A stretch of 63,442 nucleotides of DNA, filler included, from Octopus bimaculoides (Eukaryota), in the NCBI RefSeq assembly GCF_001194135.2. It is 7 parts of 6 records of this genome, joined end to end, with 100 filler letters (N's around TTAATTAATTAA, not from the genome) between each part and the next. Parts side by side here need not be neighbours in the genome. Positions count along the whole stretch, not along the records: positions 36,925 to 46,622 come from NC_068993.1; positions 46,723 to 56,226 come from NC_068987.1; 5 more parts are not named here. One strand, 5' to 3'. Positions 39,231 through 53,136 of this stretch are shown here, piece after piece. The stretch's first letter is position 1; every line of letters begins with the position of its first letter. A program made the translations under genes and the position numbers. The notes under the pieces were generated by a model. It saw nothing but the letters and a program-made list of their open reading frames with translations, made no database searches and was not told where the DNA came from.

Positions 39231-40138
39231 CTTGCCTTCATTCACATTAGTAAACTGCGTTCTTTACCATACAGTTGTTTTAAATTTTATTACAGTTTAG
39301 ATAAAAGGAAAACAGCAAATATAACAAACAAGTCAGTAATAATTAAAAAATGTTTAAATTCACATCGAAGTCAGCGAAAGCTGTTATGATATATTTCAGT
39401 CCACGGCGCAAGACGGCACAAATATCATAGTTCAAAGTGCAGAGCTGTTACAAATATATTTGAGTCCCAGAGCGCAGAACTGTTATAATATATGTTCTGA
39501 GTTAGTCAGTCCTTATTGATTGAAAATCCAATGTTAGAAATCGAAGTCGTTAATTGATGGTTTATTCCAAATCCTCAAAACAGGCGGGCAAAACAACAGG
39601 CAGGTCACATCTTCTTGTGTTGTTGTTTACTGTTTATGTCGTTTGTAGTAGTAAGCCCTTAAAGGCTAATAGAGTGTCAGAGAGGAAGGAAAACGAAGAC
39701 AGAATGATGCTATCATTCTGCCTGACAGTTTAGCAGAAGGAAGAGAAGGACAGAATGTCACTCGTTATTCTCAAGCGAGTTAGTGAAAGTTATAAGTATC
39801 ATAGTCGTCTTCTGTCGTCTTCATCTTATCTACTCCTTTCACCAACTAACTTTGGCTTATGGAATTTTTGTATTTATAATTATCGCAAAATAGATAGAAA
39901 GAGAGACATATCGCCGAGAACAATGGAAAAATCTGCCATAAGAGGTCAACAGGTCAAGTAGAAAAGACATAAATCGACTTGGTAGGTCATGTGTTGAATG
40001 TAATGGTGTCAATCATTGTCTCTCCAAGAGAAAGTGCAATTGTAAGGATTCCCAAGGAAAACACACTCGTAACAGTTTGCATTTATTTTTTCCTTCTGAA
40101 GCAACATGCAACATTATCTTTTCTGTCTGTAAAAAGAG

Positions 40139-40198
<60 letters not shown>

Positions 40199-40348
40199 AA
40201 ATTGTGACAATTATTCGGTAGCCATGATAAAACTCAGAGTTTCCGATGCCCGGGCGGAAATCCACGCCGCCATCTCTTCAGTTATCTGGCCATTGAAAAT
40301 TCCTATATAATTTAGAATTAACCAATCAAAATTAAATTGCTTATTGTT

Positions 40349-40420
40349 ATCCTTAAGTTCTCAAATTAACTTACTAAGTCCCGCATGGGACTTAGTAAGT
40401 TAATTTGGGAGATTAAGGAT
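40349..40420. repeat. 72-nt hairpin with a perfect 21-bp upper stem
   Basis: caaattaacttactaagtccc-gcat-gggacttagtaagttaatttg, extended by atccttaa/ttaaggat. Confidence 0.9.
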
Positions 40421-41133
40421 TCAATTTAAGGATTTAATTTAGACTGGTTATTTCTCTCTACATAAATACCATAAGACAAAGGTAAGGAATTTTGCCCGTT
40501 ATGTAATATGGAACTGTTCTTCATTTTGTTCTCGAAGAATAAACTGGTTAGCGTGTTTATTGAAAGAGCATATAGATGTAAACATTGGCAAAAACATATA
40601 TTTAGTTCATATAAGTAACTCCTCCACCTTTATGTAACTGGTACAACTTATTTATTTATTTAGTTATTTACATACTACAAGTTATACAAGTTAATTATAC
40701 CATTATATGTCAGCTGAACACTTTCTATATTTTGAATCCAAAATAGAAGATCCAGCACTTCTATATAACATGAACTTAAACATTACTTTCAATATAACAT
40801 AACATCAACATGACTTTCAATAATGATCAATACGATGGGACTCCACAACTATATACATTTGATTTCATTGCTCCTTCTTACATTCATCTCCCTTCAAAAA
40901 TTATATAAATTTTTTTCCCAACATTATTACGCATAACATACTGCTCTACATAATATAGAACCCTTTACTATGTTTTGTTCATAAGTATATCCTTGCATTA
41001 ACGCCTATCGAGGGTGGATATCGAAGTAAATTTTTTGTACAAACATTAACTTAGTTCAAACAATTTTTTAACTCCATTAATTCTTTAACTTTCCCCTTCT
41101 AATTTCCATTTCATTTAATAACACACACACACA

Positions 41134-41233
<100 letters not shown>

Positions 41234-41886
41234 CTCTCTCTCTCTCATTCTCTCTAGATCAACAGAGCATTTATCACCTTTATATATTGTTAAAACACTT
41301 GATCTCTTACTAGTACTCACAAGCATCATTTATCTATATAATAATATTACCATTACCTTTATCACCACAAGTTTATCGTGTGTGAATATATATATATATA
41401 TATATGTGTTAACACTACAAGTATGAACACACGATTATTTCCCTTTTACATTTCCATTACACATAAAATACTTTTTCTTTCAACTTTAATCTGGTTTATA
41501 AATTGTTCTATTTACTTTCCACTCCAGATTCTAATTTTCTCTTTTTGCCTCTTTTTCTTCCTTCCTCGTCCAACGTACTGTCTCGTAGCGTTGCACCTTC
41601 CAACGGGTTTTTTTTTCAAATAAGCTATGTAGCGTTCTTCTCTACACGCAGTTGTCACATTCGGTAATAATGTCTTACGGTTTAGTTGATTTTCTGTATT
41701 TCACTGAAGAGAAAATTACATCTTCCTCAACATCATTCATTCCTTTGGAATGAACCAATTGTAATATTCGAAACATATGTTGGAAATAAAAGAAATTATT
41801 TTACACATGCGTATAACTCCATTTATTTAATCTTATATTTATTCAAAATGCCTCAAATTAACAGGGAGTTTCTACCTCATAAACAG

Positions 41887-41887
41887 G

Positions 41888-41930
<43 letters not shown>

Positions 41931-42066
41931 CAGATAGATAGATAGACAGACAGATAGACAGATAGGCAGACAGATAGATACATACATACATACATACATA
42001 CATTCATACATACATACATACATACCTACATACATGCATACATACATACATACATACATACATACA
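41887..42066. repeat. Compound tetranucleotide microsatellite (GATA)n(GACA)n(CATA)n
   Basis: Direct reading. It is representative of dozens of (TA)n, (CA)n, (GA)n, (AAT)n, (CAT)n and (TACA)n arrays in the window. Confidence 0.95.
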
Positions 42067-42409
42067 TCACTGTTTATTACAAAATCATTCCAATTCTCAG
42101 GTCATTGTATTATTTCATCCGATATTTTAGAATTGTTGCTTTTAGTTCCCGCTTGGCCCTGACAAAGCAGTCCTAAAATCAAAGGTATTCTTGCCTCGAC
42201 CATCCATTAGGTCTTTCATACATCGTGTATTTATTACTATATAATCCAATCCAATCAAAGGTATCAAAATTTTAAGAAGGTAAAGTTTTATGTAAATCAT
42301 TGCTGTCTGTTATATTTAAGATGTATTGCTACCATGTTGCCTCATTGTAACATGTTTCTGAGTTCAGTCACTAAGGTCACCCTGATAAAGAGTTCTATAT
42401 TGTGAATTA

Positions 42410-43190
42410 ATAGGGGAAGTACCATTCGCTCTTTAATGGGAATAGCGTGACTGAAATTTCTATGAAAAATCCTCGGAAAGATTTGGAGAAGTATTCAACC
42501 AGTATTTGAAAGAAAAAAAACTTGAAAAGATATCTAGGCAATTTGATTTTACGTAGGGAAATTATTGCATGAGTGAAACAGTTCGAAAAACCTTATGAAC
42601 AACATCAACACTCGCATTCAGTTCTCCTTAGACTTTAACAACTATATATTTTCTATTTCTTAGACATTCTAATAACACGAAAAAACTCAATACTGGAAAC
42701 TGACATATAATTTAATTCCACCGGTTCACGACAATGCCTCCTCTTACATCAACTCACTCAAAAAAACAATCTGCCGTTCAGTCTAGCAAAACGAATATGC
42801 ACAAAAATATGAAACTTTGATACAAGAGACCGAAGAATAAGCGAAATGAAGACAATACTTGTCATAAGAAAATACCCAACAAAATTGATTGAATGTGTTA
42901 TTCAGAAAGCCAAACAAATTAACTTCGGAAAACAAAATCCAAAACATGACAGAAATACTATTCCATGTTTCAACTTTTAACACAAGGAACACAGAAATTT
43001 TCACCAACATACATCTAAACCAATCAATATTCTTATAGGACCATAACTGAAAAATCTTCAAAAAAACATCCAATTATGAAAGGCAAGATGCAAACAAAAT
43101 CATTCAAAAGTATATTGACCAATGCAAAGCTACAAGCACAAACTGCAGACCCTAAGGTAAGTAATTGTAACCGACCAAACTGCGGAATAT
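42410..43190 (+). mobile_element. Decayed Penelope-like element RT/thumb and Cys-rich linker
   Basis: Degenerate KRYLxx (YxDD position), NNINTRIQFS, FLDILI, NLPFSLAKRIC, YPTKLIE and CNRPNCG, with many frameshifts. Confidence 0.65.
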
Positions 43191-43865
43191 ATAACTAACT
43201 ACCTCGCTTTCAGAATTAAAAGCAGTACACTTGCAATTGGGGCAGCTTAATGTATGTTCTATGTAAAGGTGACTGAGAACACTAAATCGGACAAAAGTTT
43301 ATGACACTAAGAAAAGGAATGTATATGTACGCCAGTATATATTCAGTTAAACAATAATACGAAAACATTCTGTGAAATCAAATTTTTATATTTTTATTTT
43401 CATAAATGTAATGCATAGAATAAAACTGTTTTCGCTTATGTTAAAATATTTAAAAGTTAGTCGCACACAACTTACATTTGTATGTAGAACATTTGACACA
43501 TGTTCAACTTTTTCTCAGTACACACACACACACGCACACACACACACACACACATACGCGCGCGCGGCATAGGGTTTGGAACACCTGGGCTACATATGTT
43601 TCATAGCGAGTGGAACCTCGGGAGTGGTAAACTCTGAGTGAAGTGTATACCGCCGGCTACTTTTCAAGCCAAGCGTATCTTGATTAGATTAAAGGCTACA
43701 TTGTCGCAAGGAGGTACATATTGTATTATATTGTATTATTATAAGAATATAATATAATATACTATTACGCTAGTAAATTTTAAATTTTATCTTTGAATTG
43801 CCAATTGTTATACGTCTCCATTTTCTATCCATTTATATATATATATCTGTATATTCTTTTACTTC

Positions 43866-44393
<528 letters not shown>

Positions 44394-46722
44394 TTACATA
44401 TAAATATATGTGGGTGTGTGGGTGTGTGCGTGCATCCATTTATGTATGTATGTATGTATGTATGTATGTATGTATGTATGTATATGAATAGATTATATAG
44501 TTTTTATTCACTCGGATTTAGGTCAATGTTTACAGGGAGGAGTCCATGACCAATTAGATCGAACCAAATATATTATTGATTTAAAGTTTTTCAACTCCAA
44601 TATTTTAACACAGAATATAACAGGTGTCTGAGCTGTTCAATTATCCAGTTTTACCTCAAGGACTTACATTCAACTGTCCAACGAAAACGAACACAACAAT
44701 TATGTTCTAGAAACAACTCTTTAAATAACAAATTTCATCAGATCTACATTGAAAGGAGACATTTAAATGCTAACTACATTGACTTGTCAACGTTAATATA
44801 TATTTTTACATCAACTTTTACTCTTTCGCGTGAATGCTAATCGTTTTCATAGAGAACACACATATACTATCTCGGGATACTCTATGCTATATAAATGAAC
44901 CAGAGGCCCAAAGGAAAAAATAAATTCCTAATATGTAAATTCCGTTGGGCTTTTCATACATGAAAATTAATGCATTCTGAATAATCTGAAATTTTTGATT
45001 ATTCCATCGTGTTAGCTCGTTTATTTATTTATTCTATATATTTATTTTTCTTTTGTAAAAAACTAAGAATGATAGATTAATGGAACTAAGAATATCCACA
45101 GGTTGCTAATGATAATTGTAATTTGGTAAATCTTTAGATATTAAAGGAATAATTTGGTAAAGTATTAAATGCTAAATATTTTTCCTGTGGCACACGTTCT
45201 AGAACCTGGTCGTATATTGAGACAACGATAAAACAAGCATAATTTGTAGCTAAACCTCTTCTTATAATCATAGAGCACATACTTAGTGTCTGACGGTAAG
45301 TATATCAAAGACGTTGCCATTTCAGTGAATGCAGAAGCTTTCAGAATACACTATGAAATTCACAGTTAGGCATCTACTGACTACATACATACATGCATAC
45401 CAACCTACCTACCTACATACATACATACATACATACATACATACATACATGCATACATACATAATACATACATTGATATATGCATATATGCATGCGCGTG
45501 TGTGTGTGTGAAATCAGAGTTTCGATTTGAAATTTACAATTTAAAATTTAGCATCCAAACTGTATTTTGAGTAGTCCCTAGTAGCGTGTAAGCAGAGTAC
45601 ATCCACCTCCTATGGGTACATGACGTCATCTATAGCAAATGCACATTCGTCGCTGTATTTATGTTAGGAAATCCTTGGTGCACGTTGAGTATATTCTAGA
45701 TAATTAAAACGGAAAGCTGTGTATGCTGGAAATCTTATTTATCAGAACGATCGTTTGAGCATATGATGAATGAAGAATGTCTGTGACATGGTTCATGCAG
45801 TCAGGAAGTTGTTGACAAAAAGTACGATGTAAAGAATAAATAAATAAAGGTAGATAAGAGGATAATGACTTTCGAATGAGAGCCACTATAAAGTGTGCCT
45901 AACTCTTTGATGCTTGGTCATGCTTACCAAGCGTGACGGTGTGGTCAAGAATTTGGTGTACTGGATTTCATTTATACCGTTTGCCACCAAATGGGGTGCA
46001 GTGCAGAATTGTGCCGAAACGATCGTTGTGATAAATAAAGTTTCCAGCATACACAATCTTCCGTATTCCTGATTTAGATTATATATATGAATATATATAT
46101 ATAAAGACCATGGGGCTTTAGTTCACTAGTGATCTAAACGAATAGGTAGGCTGTGTAAGTACTACAATTGGTTACCCATTAGGTTCTAAGTTCACAGCTG
46201 AGGCAGGAGCTAAGGATCGGTAGTAGGCTCCCCAGTTAGCAGGTAGTAGGCTTCCCAGTTCATAGGTTTTCCAGTTAGCAGGTGTATATTAGAGGGGAAA
46301 ATGAAAACAAAACCAAGTCAAGATACATATTTCAAGTTATTTAGAAAATTTAATTAGAGTAAGGTGAATTTGAAGTAATCACTTAATCAATCAGTTGGTA
46401 ATTAATTACTGGATGCCTTACAGCTGTTTCTGGAATATCTCAAATGATAGGTTAGCATTTCCATACACTGGGGTTTCCGTCACCAGAGACAAGGTGAGTA
46501 TGTAGGAAAGTTCACGGTGTATAAAGGAATAAAATAGTAGATAGAAAAATAAACAACAAAGCAGTAGAAAGAAGAATACAAACAGATTTAGTTTGTTAAA
46601 TATTTGTCCTTTTTCCTCTAATNNNNNNNNNNNNNNNNNNNNNNNNNNNNNNNNNNNNNNNNNNNNTTAATTAATTAANNNNNNNNNNNNNNNNNNNNNN
46701 NNNNNNNNNNNNNNNNNNNNNN

Positions 46723-46775
<53 letters not shown>

Positions 46776-48043
46776 CTACATATATATGAATTTTTATCTA
46801 TGTATATATATATATAACTCAGAATATTTATAAGTATCAGCCAATATATAAAATACTGAGATTTATTCATGCTCCAATAATGAAATACAATAGCAAGTTC
46901 ATATCTTTTTCCTTATTTTGCCGATAGTCATTGATAACGATTTTATATAAATTTTTTTGTCCAAACTCATCTTGTTATGGAGTTTGTTCTCACCGATATT
47001 TTCTCGTATTGTGTCGATGAAAAAGTAACCTATAGTGACCAACAATTCTGAAGATTATGATTTTGCATTAATATCTTCGTTTTTTTTTCTCTATTTTTCT
47101 TGTGCGCTAGGAATCATAAGGCTGGTTTCCTGCTTTCTGTAACATATGAGTAACAAAGACTACGCCGTACTCCCTGAAACGTTGCATGGGGCTCCAAGCC
47201 CAGTAATCTTGAGAAGGAGACAAATCGATTACATGGAGCCCAGGCAGGTTAGTACTTATTTTATTGACCCGGGGAAATGAAATGCCAAGTTGACCACGGT
47301 GAAATCAGAACCCACGACGCAGAGAGGGGAGGAAATGCCGCTAAGCATTTTACCGACGTGCTTAACGATTCCGCTAGATCACCACTTTAATGTAACCATT
47401 ATGAGAATCCCTTTTCACCTCTCAGTTAACCTTTTAGCTGTTCTGTATCATATTTCTTTGGGATCCATGCATCACACGTGATAAACATTCCCAATTTTTT
47501 CAGCCACCAGAATAACTTGAGATATATGAAAGAAAGCTTTATATTATTCAGAACGTTTAATATTATTCTGGCGGAATCATTAGCACGCCGGAGTCGATAA
47601 AATAAGTACCGGTTGTGCACTGCGATCGATGCATTCAAACAAAGGCCCTCCATGAAATTGCTGGCCTTGTGTCAAAATTTGAAACCAATATCATTATTTT
47701 CTACTCAAGGCACAACGCCCGAAATTTTGGTGGGAGGGGGAGGGGGTCATTCGATTAGATCGACCCCAGTACACAACTGGTACTTAATTTATCGACCTCG
47801 AAAGGATGGAAGGCAAAGTTGACCTCGGCGGAATTTGAACTTAGAACTCTTGCATTTAGCAGCTCATCTGCGTCCCGTCCAGGTGGGGAACCTATACGTC
47901 AATGAAACCGGGAAACCGGTCCTTATGAGCCAGGCATGGCTCGAGAAGGAATAAACAACAACAACAACAACAACAACATTATTCAGAATTAGAAAATTAC
48001 TATTTTTAAATCTCACAACGTGAGATATTCAGCAATAGTACTT

Positions 48044-48310
48044 TGTAGTAAAGATTGTTTGCCAACATAACATGACAGTCCTGGTTTAGGACGAATGTTG
48101 CAGTAATTTAGCCCCAGGAGATATTGTCTCTAGCCGGCTATACACACGATCTGTGTCCTTATATTTTTCCCTTTGTTCGGAAAAAAAATTATAAGGACAC
48201 AGATCGTGTCGTATAGCCAGCGGGAGACGACATCTCCTGGGGCTAAATTACTGCAACATTAATCCTAAACCAGGACTGCCATGTTATGTTGGCAAGCAAT
48301 CTTTACTACA
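48044..48310. repeat. Foldback/MITE-like inverted repeat (arms about 120 bp)
   Basis: tgtagtaaagattgtttgccaacataacatg...ccttata pairs with tataagg...catgttatgttggcaagcaatctttactaca. Confidence 0.9.
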
Positions 48311-49556
48311 TTATTCAGAATGTCTGAAAAATAGTCTAGAAACAGGAATGGTTGTTTAGAAGAAACTTATGAAAATGTTTTGGACAGACAAAAAAGAAAC
48401 AAACCCAAGAGCACAATATATTTATAAGAGAGGTTATTAAATCATTGAATGGCATTGATTACAGAAGTGAGCTGATCGTCTGCTTATTCATACTGCCCCA
48501 GTGCGAGGCCATAGAAGTTCAGTTTCGTAGCAAACGAACGGGTTAAAAGTTTTAAGCAATTTACAAAACACAGAGACTTCCTTGTGATACGTATTGGGAA
48601 TATATTTTGTTCCATCAGCCATCTGGTATGTATAAACTGACAAGATTTTCTTACCAATTCTAAGCTACATTATGCTTGGCTGGTTTACAGCAATAGAAGA
48701 ACAGACGATGGCCGATCAAAAGGTATACAACAGGGTTTTTTGAAATACACTGTCTGTGAAAGAAGCGCTAAAAATGTTTAAATAGTTTAGTTAAGTTAAG
48801 GTGACACCTTCAACAAATGGCATTTATCGAAAACGCAAAACTTTAAATGTGACATAGCTATAAAAAATATAAACGAAGTCTCTAAGTCTAAGTAATAAAT
48901 TTCTGTAAAAAATTTCTGAAATTACAAAATGCAAGAATAGAGTTGACAGCATTCTGAAGTTGTGGAATATTTCGGTGATATTTTATTTCGTGTCAGTTGA
49001 ATTTGAATTAAATATTCTTTGATTCGTTTACTTGTTTCAAATATAAGACTTCGGCCATGCAGGGGCACTGTCTCGATGAGTTTTTAACCGAGCGAATCGC
49101 CCCCAGTACTTATTTTTAAATCCTGGTACTTATTTACCGGGCTCTTTACCGAACCGCTAAGTTGTTGGTAGATAAACACACCAACACTGATTGCCAAGAG
49201 ATGGTGGGGTCAACTAGAAACACACAGATGGTTTTCTTTCAGTTTCTGTCTACTAAATCGGCTCACAATGCTTCGATCACCCCAAAGCTGTAGTTGAAAT
49301 ACTTGTGCAAGTTTCCACGCAGTGGGACTGAACCCAAAATCATGTGCTTAAGAATCAAAATTCTTACCACACAACCACGCCTGCTCCTACAGTAGATCCT
49401 ACCGTGTATTTAATCTGTACATCTGGCATATTTGTTTTAGTATAGTGTTTAGTAATGTTATATATTTATTCAGTTCCAGCAGACCACCAGTGCCCCGACC
49501 TGCGGCAGAGCCTTCCGAGCAATTATCGAACTGATAATAATAATAATGATAATAAA

Positions 49557-49622
<66 letters not shown>

Positions 49623-49623
49623 A

Positions 49624-50227
49624 ATAAATCATATTATCTCTGGCTGCCCAGTCCTGGCTAATAAATCATATTATCTCTGGCTGCCCAGTCCTGGCTAAGA
49701 AGGAATATATTCACAGACACGACAGAGCTGGGACCTATATACACTGGNNNNNNNNNNNNNNNNNNNNNNNNNNNNNNNNNNNNNNNNNNNNNNNNNNNNN
49801 NNNNNNNNNNNNNNNNNNNNNNNNNNNNNNNNNNNNNNNNNNNNNNNNNNNNNNNNNNNNNGATGTATCAATACCAGCAGATGACAACGTTTCTCTAAAA
49901 GAAATGGAAAAACTTTCAAAATACAAAGACCTGGAAATAGAGATAACTCGAATGTGGAATCTAAAAACAGAAACAATTCCTATCATAGTAGGTGCCTTAG
50001 GTATAATAAAAAAATATTCAGACAAATACATAACAAAAACACCAGGACTTACAAATATATATAACATACAGAAAATTGCACTACTGGGTACTGCACACAT
50101 TCTACGCAAAACACTTTCAATACAGTAAACATAAGAGCACCACAGCAAACCACAGCACATACCCAAGGCGCACAGAGCTGCGCTCGGTAGTGAAGTGAAA
50201 GCACGTTATAAAAATAAAACTACTGAA
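49624..50227 (+). mobile_element. R4/Dong 5'-truncated copy (RLE region + 3' UTR)
   Basis: The ORF MEKLSKYKDLEIEITRMWNLKTETIPIIVGALG...LSIQ is intact. Flanked by (AAT)n/(TAAA)n. Confidence 0.88.
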
Positions 50228-50346
50228 TAATGATAATAATAATAATCGAAAATTTATGCATACACACGCATATATATATAAACATACGTAATACATGCAT
50301 ACATACATACATACCTGCATACATGCATATGTATATATATATATGA

Positions 50347-50377
<31 letters not shown>

Positions 50378-51388
50378 CGTATACATATATATATATATNN
50401 NNNNNNNNNNNNNNNNNNNNNNNNNNNNNNNNNNNNNNNNNNNNNNNNNNNNNNNNNNNNNNNNNNNNNNNNNNNNNNNNNNNNNNNNNNNNNNNNNNNN
50501 NNNNNNNNNNNNNNNNNNNNNNNNNNNNNNNNNNNNNNNNNNNNNNNNNNNNNNNNNNNNNNNNNNNNNNNNNNNNNNNNNNNNNNNNNNNNNNNNNNNN
50601 NNNNNNNNNNNNNNNNNNNNNNNNNNNNNNNNNNNNNNNNNNNNNNNNNNNNNNNNNNNNNNNNNNNNNNNNNNNNNNNNNNNNNNNNNNNNNNNNNNNN
50701 NNNNNNNNNNNNNNNNNNNNNNNNNNNNNNNNNNNNNNNNNNNNNNNNNNNNNNNNNNNNNNNNNNNNNNNNNNNNNNNNNNNNNNNNNNNNNNNNNNNN
50801 NNNNNNNNNNNNNNNNNNNNNNNNNNNNNNNNNNNNNNNNNNNNNNNNNNNNNNNNNNNNNNNNNNNNNNNNNNNNNNNNNNNNNNNNNNNNNNNNNNNN
50901 NNNNNNNNNNNNNNNNNNNNNNNNNNNNNNNNNNNNNNNNNNNNNNNNNNNNNNNNNNNNNNNNNNNNNNNNNNNNNNNNNNNNNNNNNNNNNNNNNNNN
51001 NNNNNNNNNNNNNNNNNNNNNNNNNNNNNNNNNNNNNNNNNNNNNNNNNNNNNNNNNNNNNNNNNNNNNNNNNNNNNNNNNNNNNNNNNNTTGCTTCCGA
51101 CCCACGTGATTCCGGGATCAGTCTCACTGTGCGGCACCTCCGGCAAACCTCGAATAGATTTGGTAGAAGGAAGTAGAAAGAAGTTCATATATACAGTAGC
51201 AGCCATCATATAAGGGTCTGTAAGAACAAGTGTATTTGAAATAGCTATTATTGAAGATTAGCAACACATCGAGATTAAACATGTCACACATCTTTAGATA
51301 TAACTAATATCTATCTTGCGTGAATATTTTTATGTGACTGAAATGAATATTTCTTAAGTTATGAGGAAATAAACAAATAATCTTCCAA

Positions 51389-51660
51389 ACTGCAATGGCC
51401 AAAAGTTAAGGGTCACTTAGAAACACAATGAAAAATGGAAGAACAAAAAAGAAACCCTTACTATTGATATTTTGTGAAGACCCCTTTACTATCAATGATC
51501 TATTGACATCTGTTACCACAGGACTGAATTAATTTCTTGTAAAATGATAGAGTAATAATATTGTTCCATTCATTTTTCAATAATTCTAAGAGTTCATCTT
51601 GGTTTTTTGAGTTTCTCCTTCGCGCTTCATCTCTCTTACTGACCCTTATATGATGGCCGC
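51389..51660 (-). mobile_element. Tc1-like element 3' end
   Basis: RRNSKNQDELLELLKNEWNNI...KLIQSCGNRCQ*IIDSKGVFTKY, followed by a TIR-like tgcaatggccaaaagttaagggtcac. Confidence 0.65.
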
Positions 51661-53091
51661 TACGATCCATGTATATATAAATATATATGATTGTGTGTGT
51701 GTGTGAGTGTTGTCGTCCAGCAGGGCTTGACAACCGGTGTTGAATTGTTTACGTCCTTGTAAATTAGTGGTTCTGCAACAAAAAAGAGAAGAAAAAGAAT
51801 AAGTACCGAGCTGTACAAGAATCAATTCATTCAACTATAAATACTTTAAGGCGGTGCTCCAGCATGGCTGCTGTCCAATGATTGAAACAAACAAGTAAAA
51901 GATAAAAGAGAGATCTGAATAAATTTTTCGCGATTGCATTCTTATCGCGAGTTGAATGAAATTGCAGTGTATTAATTATGAACGATTCTGTTGTGCATAT
52001 ATTTAAAGATTTCTGAAACTCAGTAGAGAATAATTAATTGTGTCACCAGAATCTTTTGACATGTCCTGTAACCTTTCATCTTTTAATCTCGGAGATATTA
52101 TGTTCATTTGAATATGACATAATAAAGATACGATTTGGTGATTGATGAGACTGGAAATAAAGAGTAACTGAATAGTTGTTGAATGAGATAGATTGGCGTT
52201 CAACGACATTGAAAATATATCGGTGAATAGACAACAATGCGTCGGTCATTACAAATTCACTTGAAAGAAATATTGATTTCAAAATTTGGTACAAGGCCAG
52301 TAGATTTTGGGGGAGGGGAGGGGGAGCTAGTCGATTATTTAATCGACCGCAATGCTCAACTGGTACTTCTCTTATTGACCCCGAAACGATGAATGGTAAA
52401 GTCGATCCCAGCAGCATTTGAACTCTGGACGCAAACTCGGAAGAAATGCTGTTGAGCATTTTTCTCGGTGTGCTAACGATTCTGCCAACTAGCCGCCTTC
52501 CGTGTCAATATATTATTGGTTTTAGATTTTGGCGCAAATCCAGCAGTTTGGTGATGGTGGTGGTAACTGGTACTTATTTTTTCGGCAGCGAAAATCTGAA
52601 AGATAAAGTCGTCTACGGCGAAATTTGAACTCAAGACGTAAAGACGAACGAAATACCGTTAAGCATTTTGCCCAGAGTGCTAACGGCTTTACCAACTCAC
52701 CATCTTCCTTGATAGAAATATTGGCTTCTCAGATAAATTCTTTTGTTTTTCTTTGAAATTATAAAAAAATTTAATCCTTTCTAATTTTTTTTGATTAACG
52801 CGTAGAACATTTTTATCGTGGTTTTTTGAAGCTCCATTCTTCTTCTGCAACTTTTGTTCAACGNNNNNNNNNNNNNNNNNNNNNNNNNNNNNNNNNNNNN
52901 NNNNNNNNNNNNNNNNNNNNNNNNNNNNNNNNNNNNNNNNNNNNNNNNNNNNNNNNNNNNNNNNNNNNNNNNNNNNNNNNNNNNNNNNNNNNNNNNNNNN
53001 NNNNNNNNNNNNNNNNNNNNNNNNNNNNNNNNNNNNNNNNNNNNNNNNNNNNNNNNNNNNNNNNNNNNNNNNNNNNNNNNNNNNNNNNNNN

Positions 53092-53136
<45 letters not shown>

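Noticed and set aside
46415-46460. Minus-strand GAAA-CAGCTG-T-A-AGG, resembling a hammerhead 3' half
   Set aside because: No recognisable CUGANGA core or stem II upstream.
48691-48722. Plus-strand 32-nt exon-like segment with ATG (MADQK|gtatac)
   Set aside because: Splice-site look-alikes are frequent by chance, and there is no homology or partner exon.
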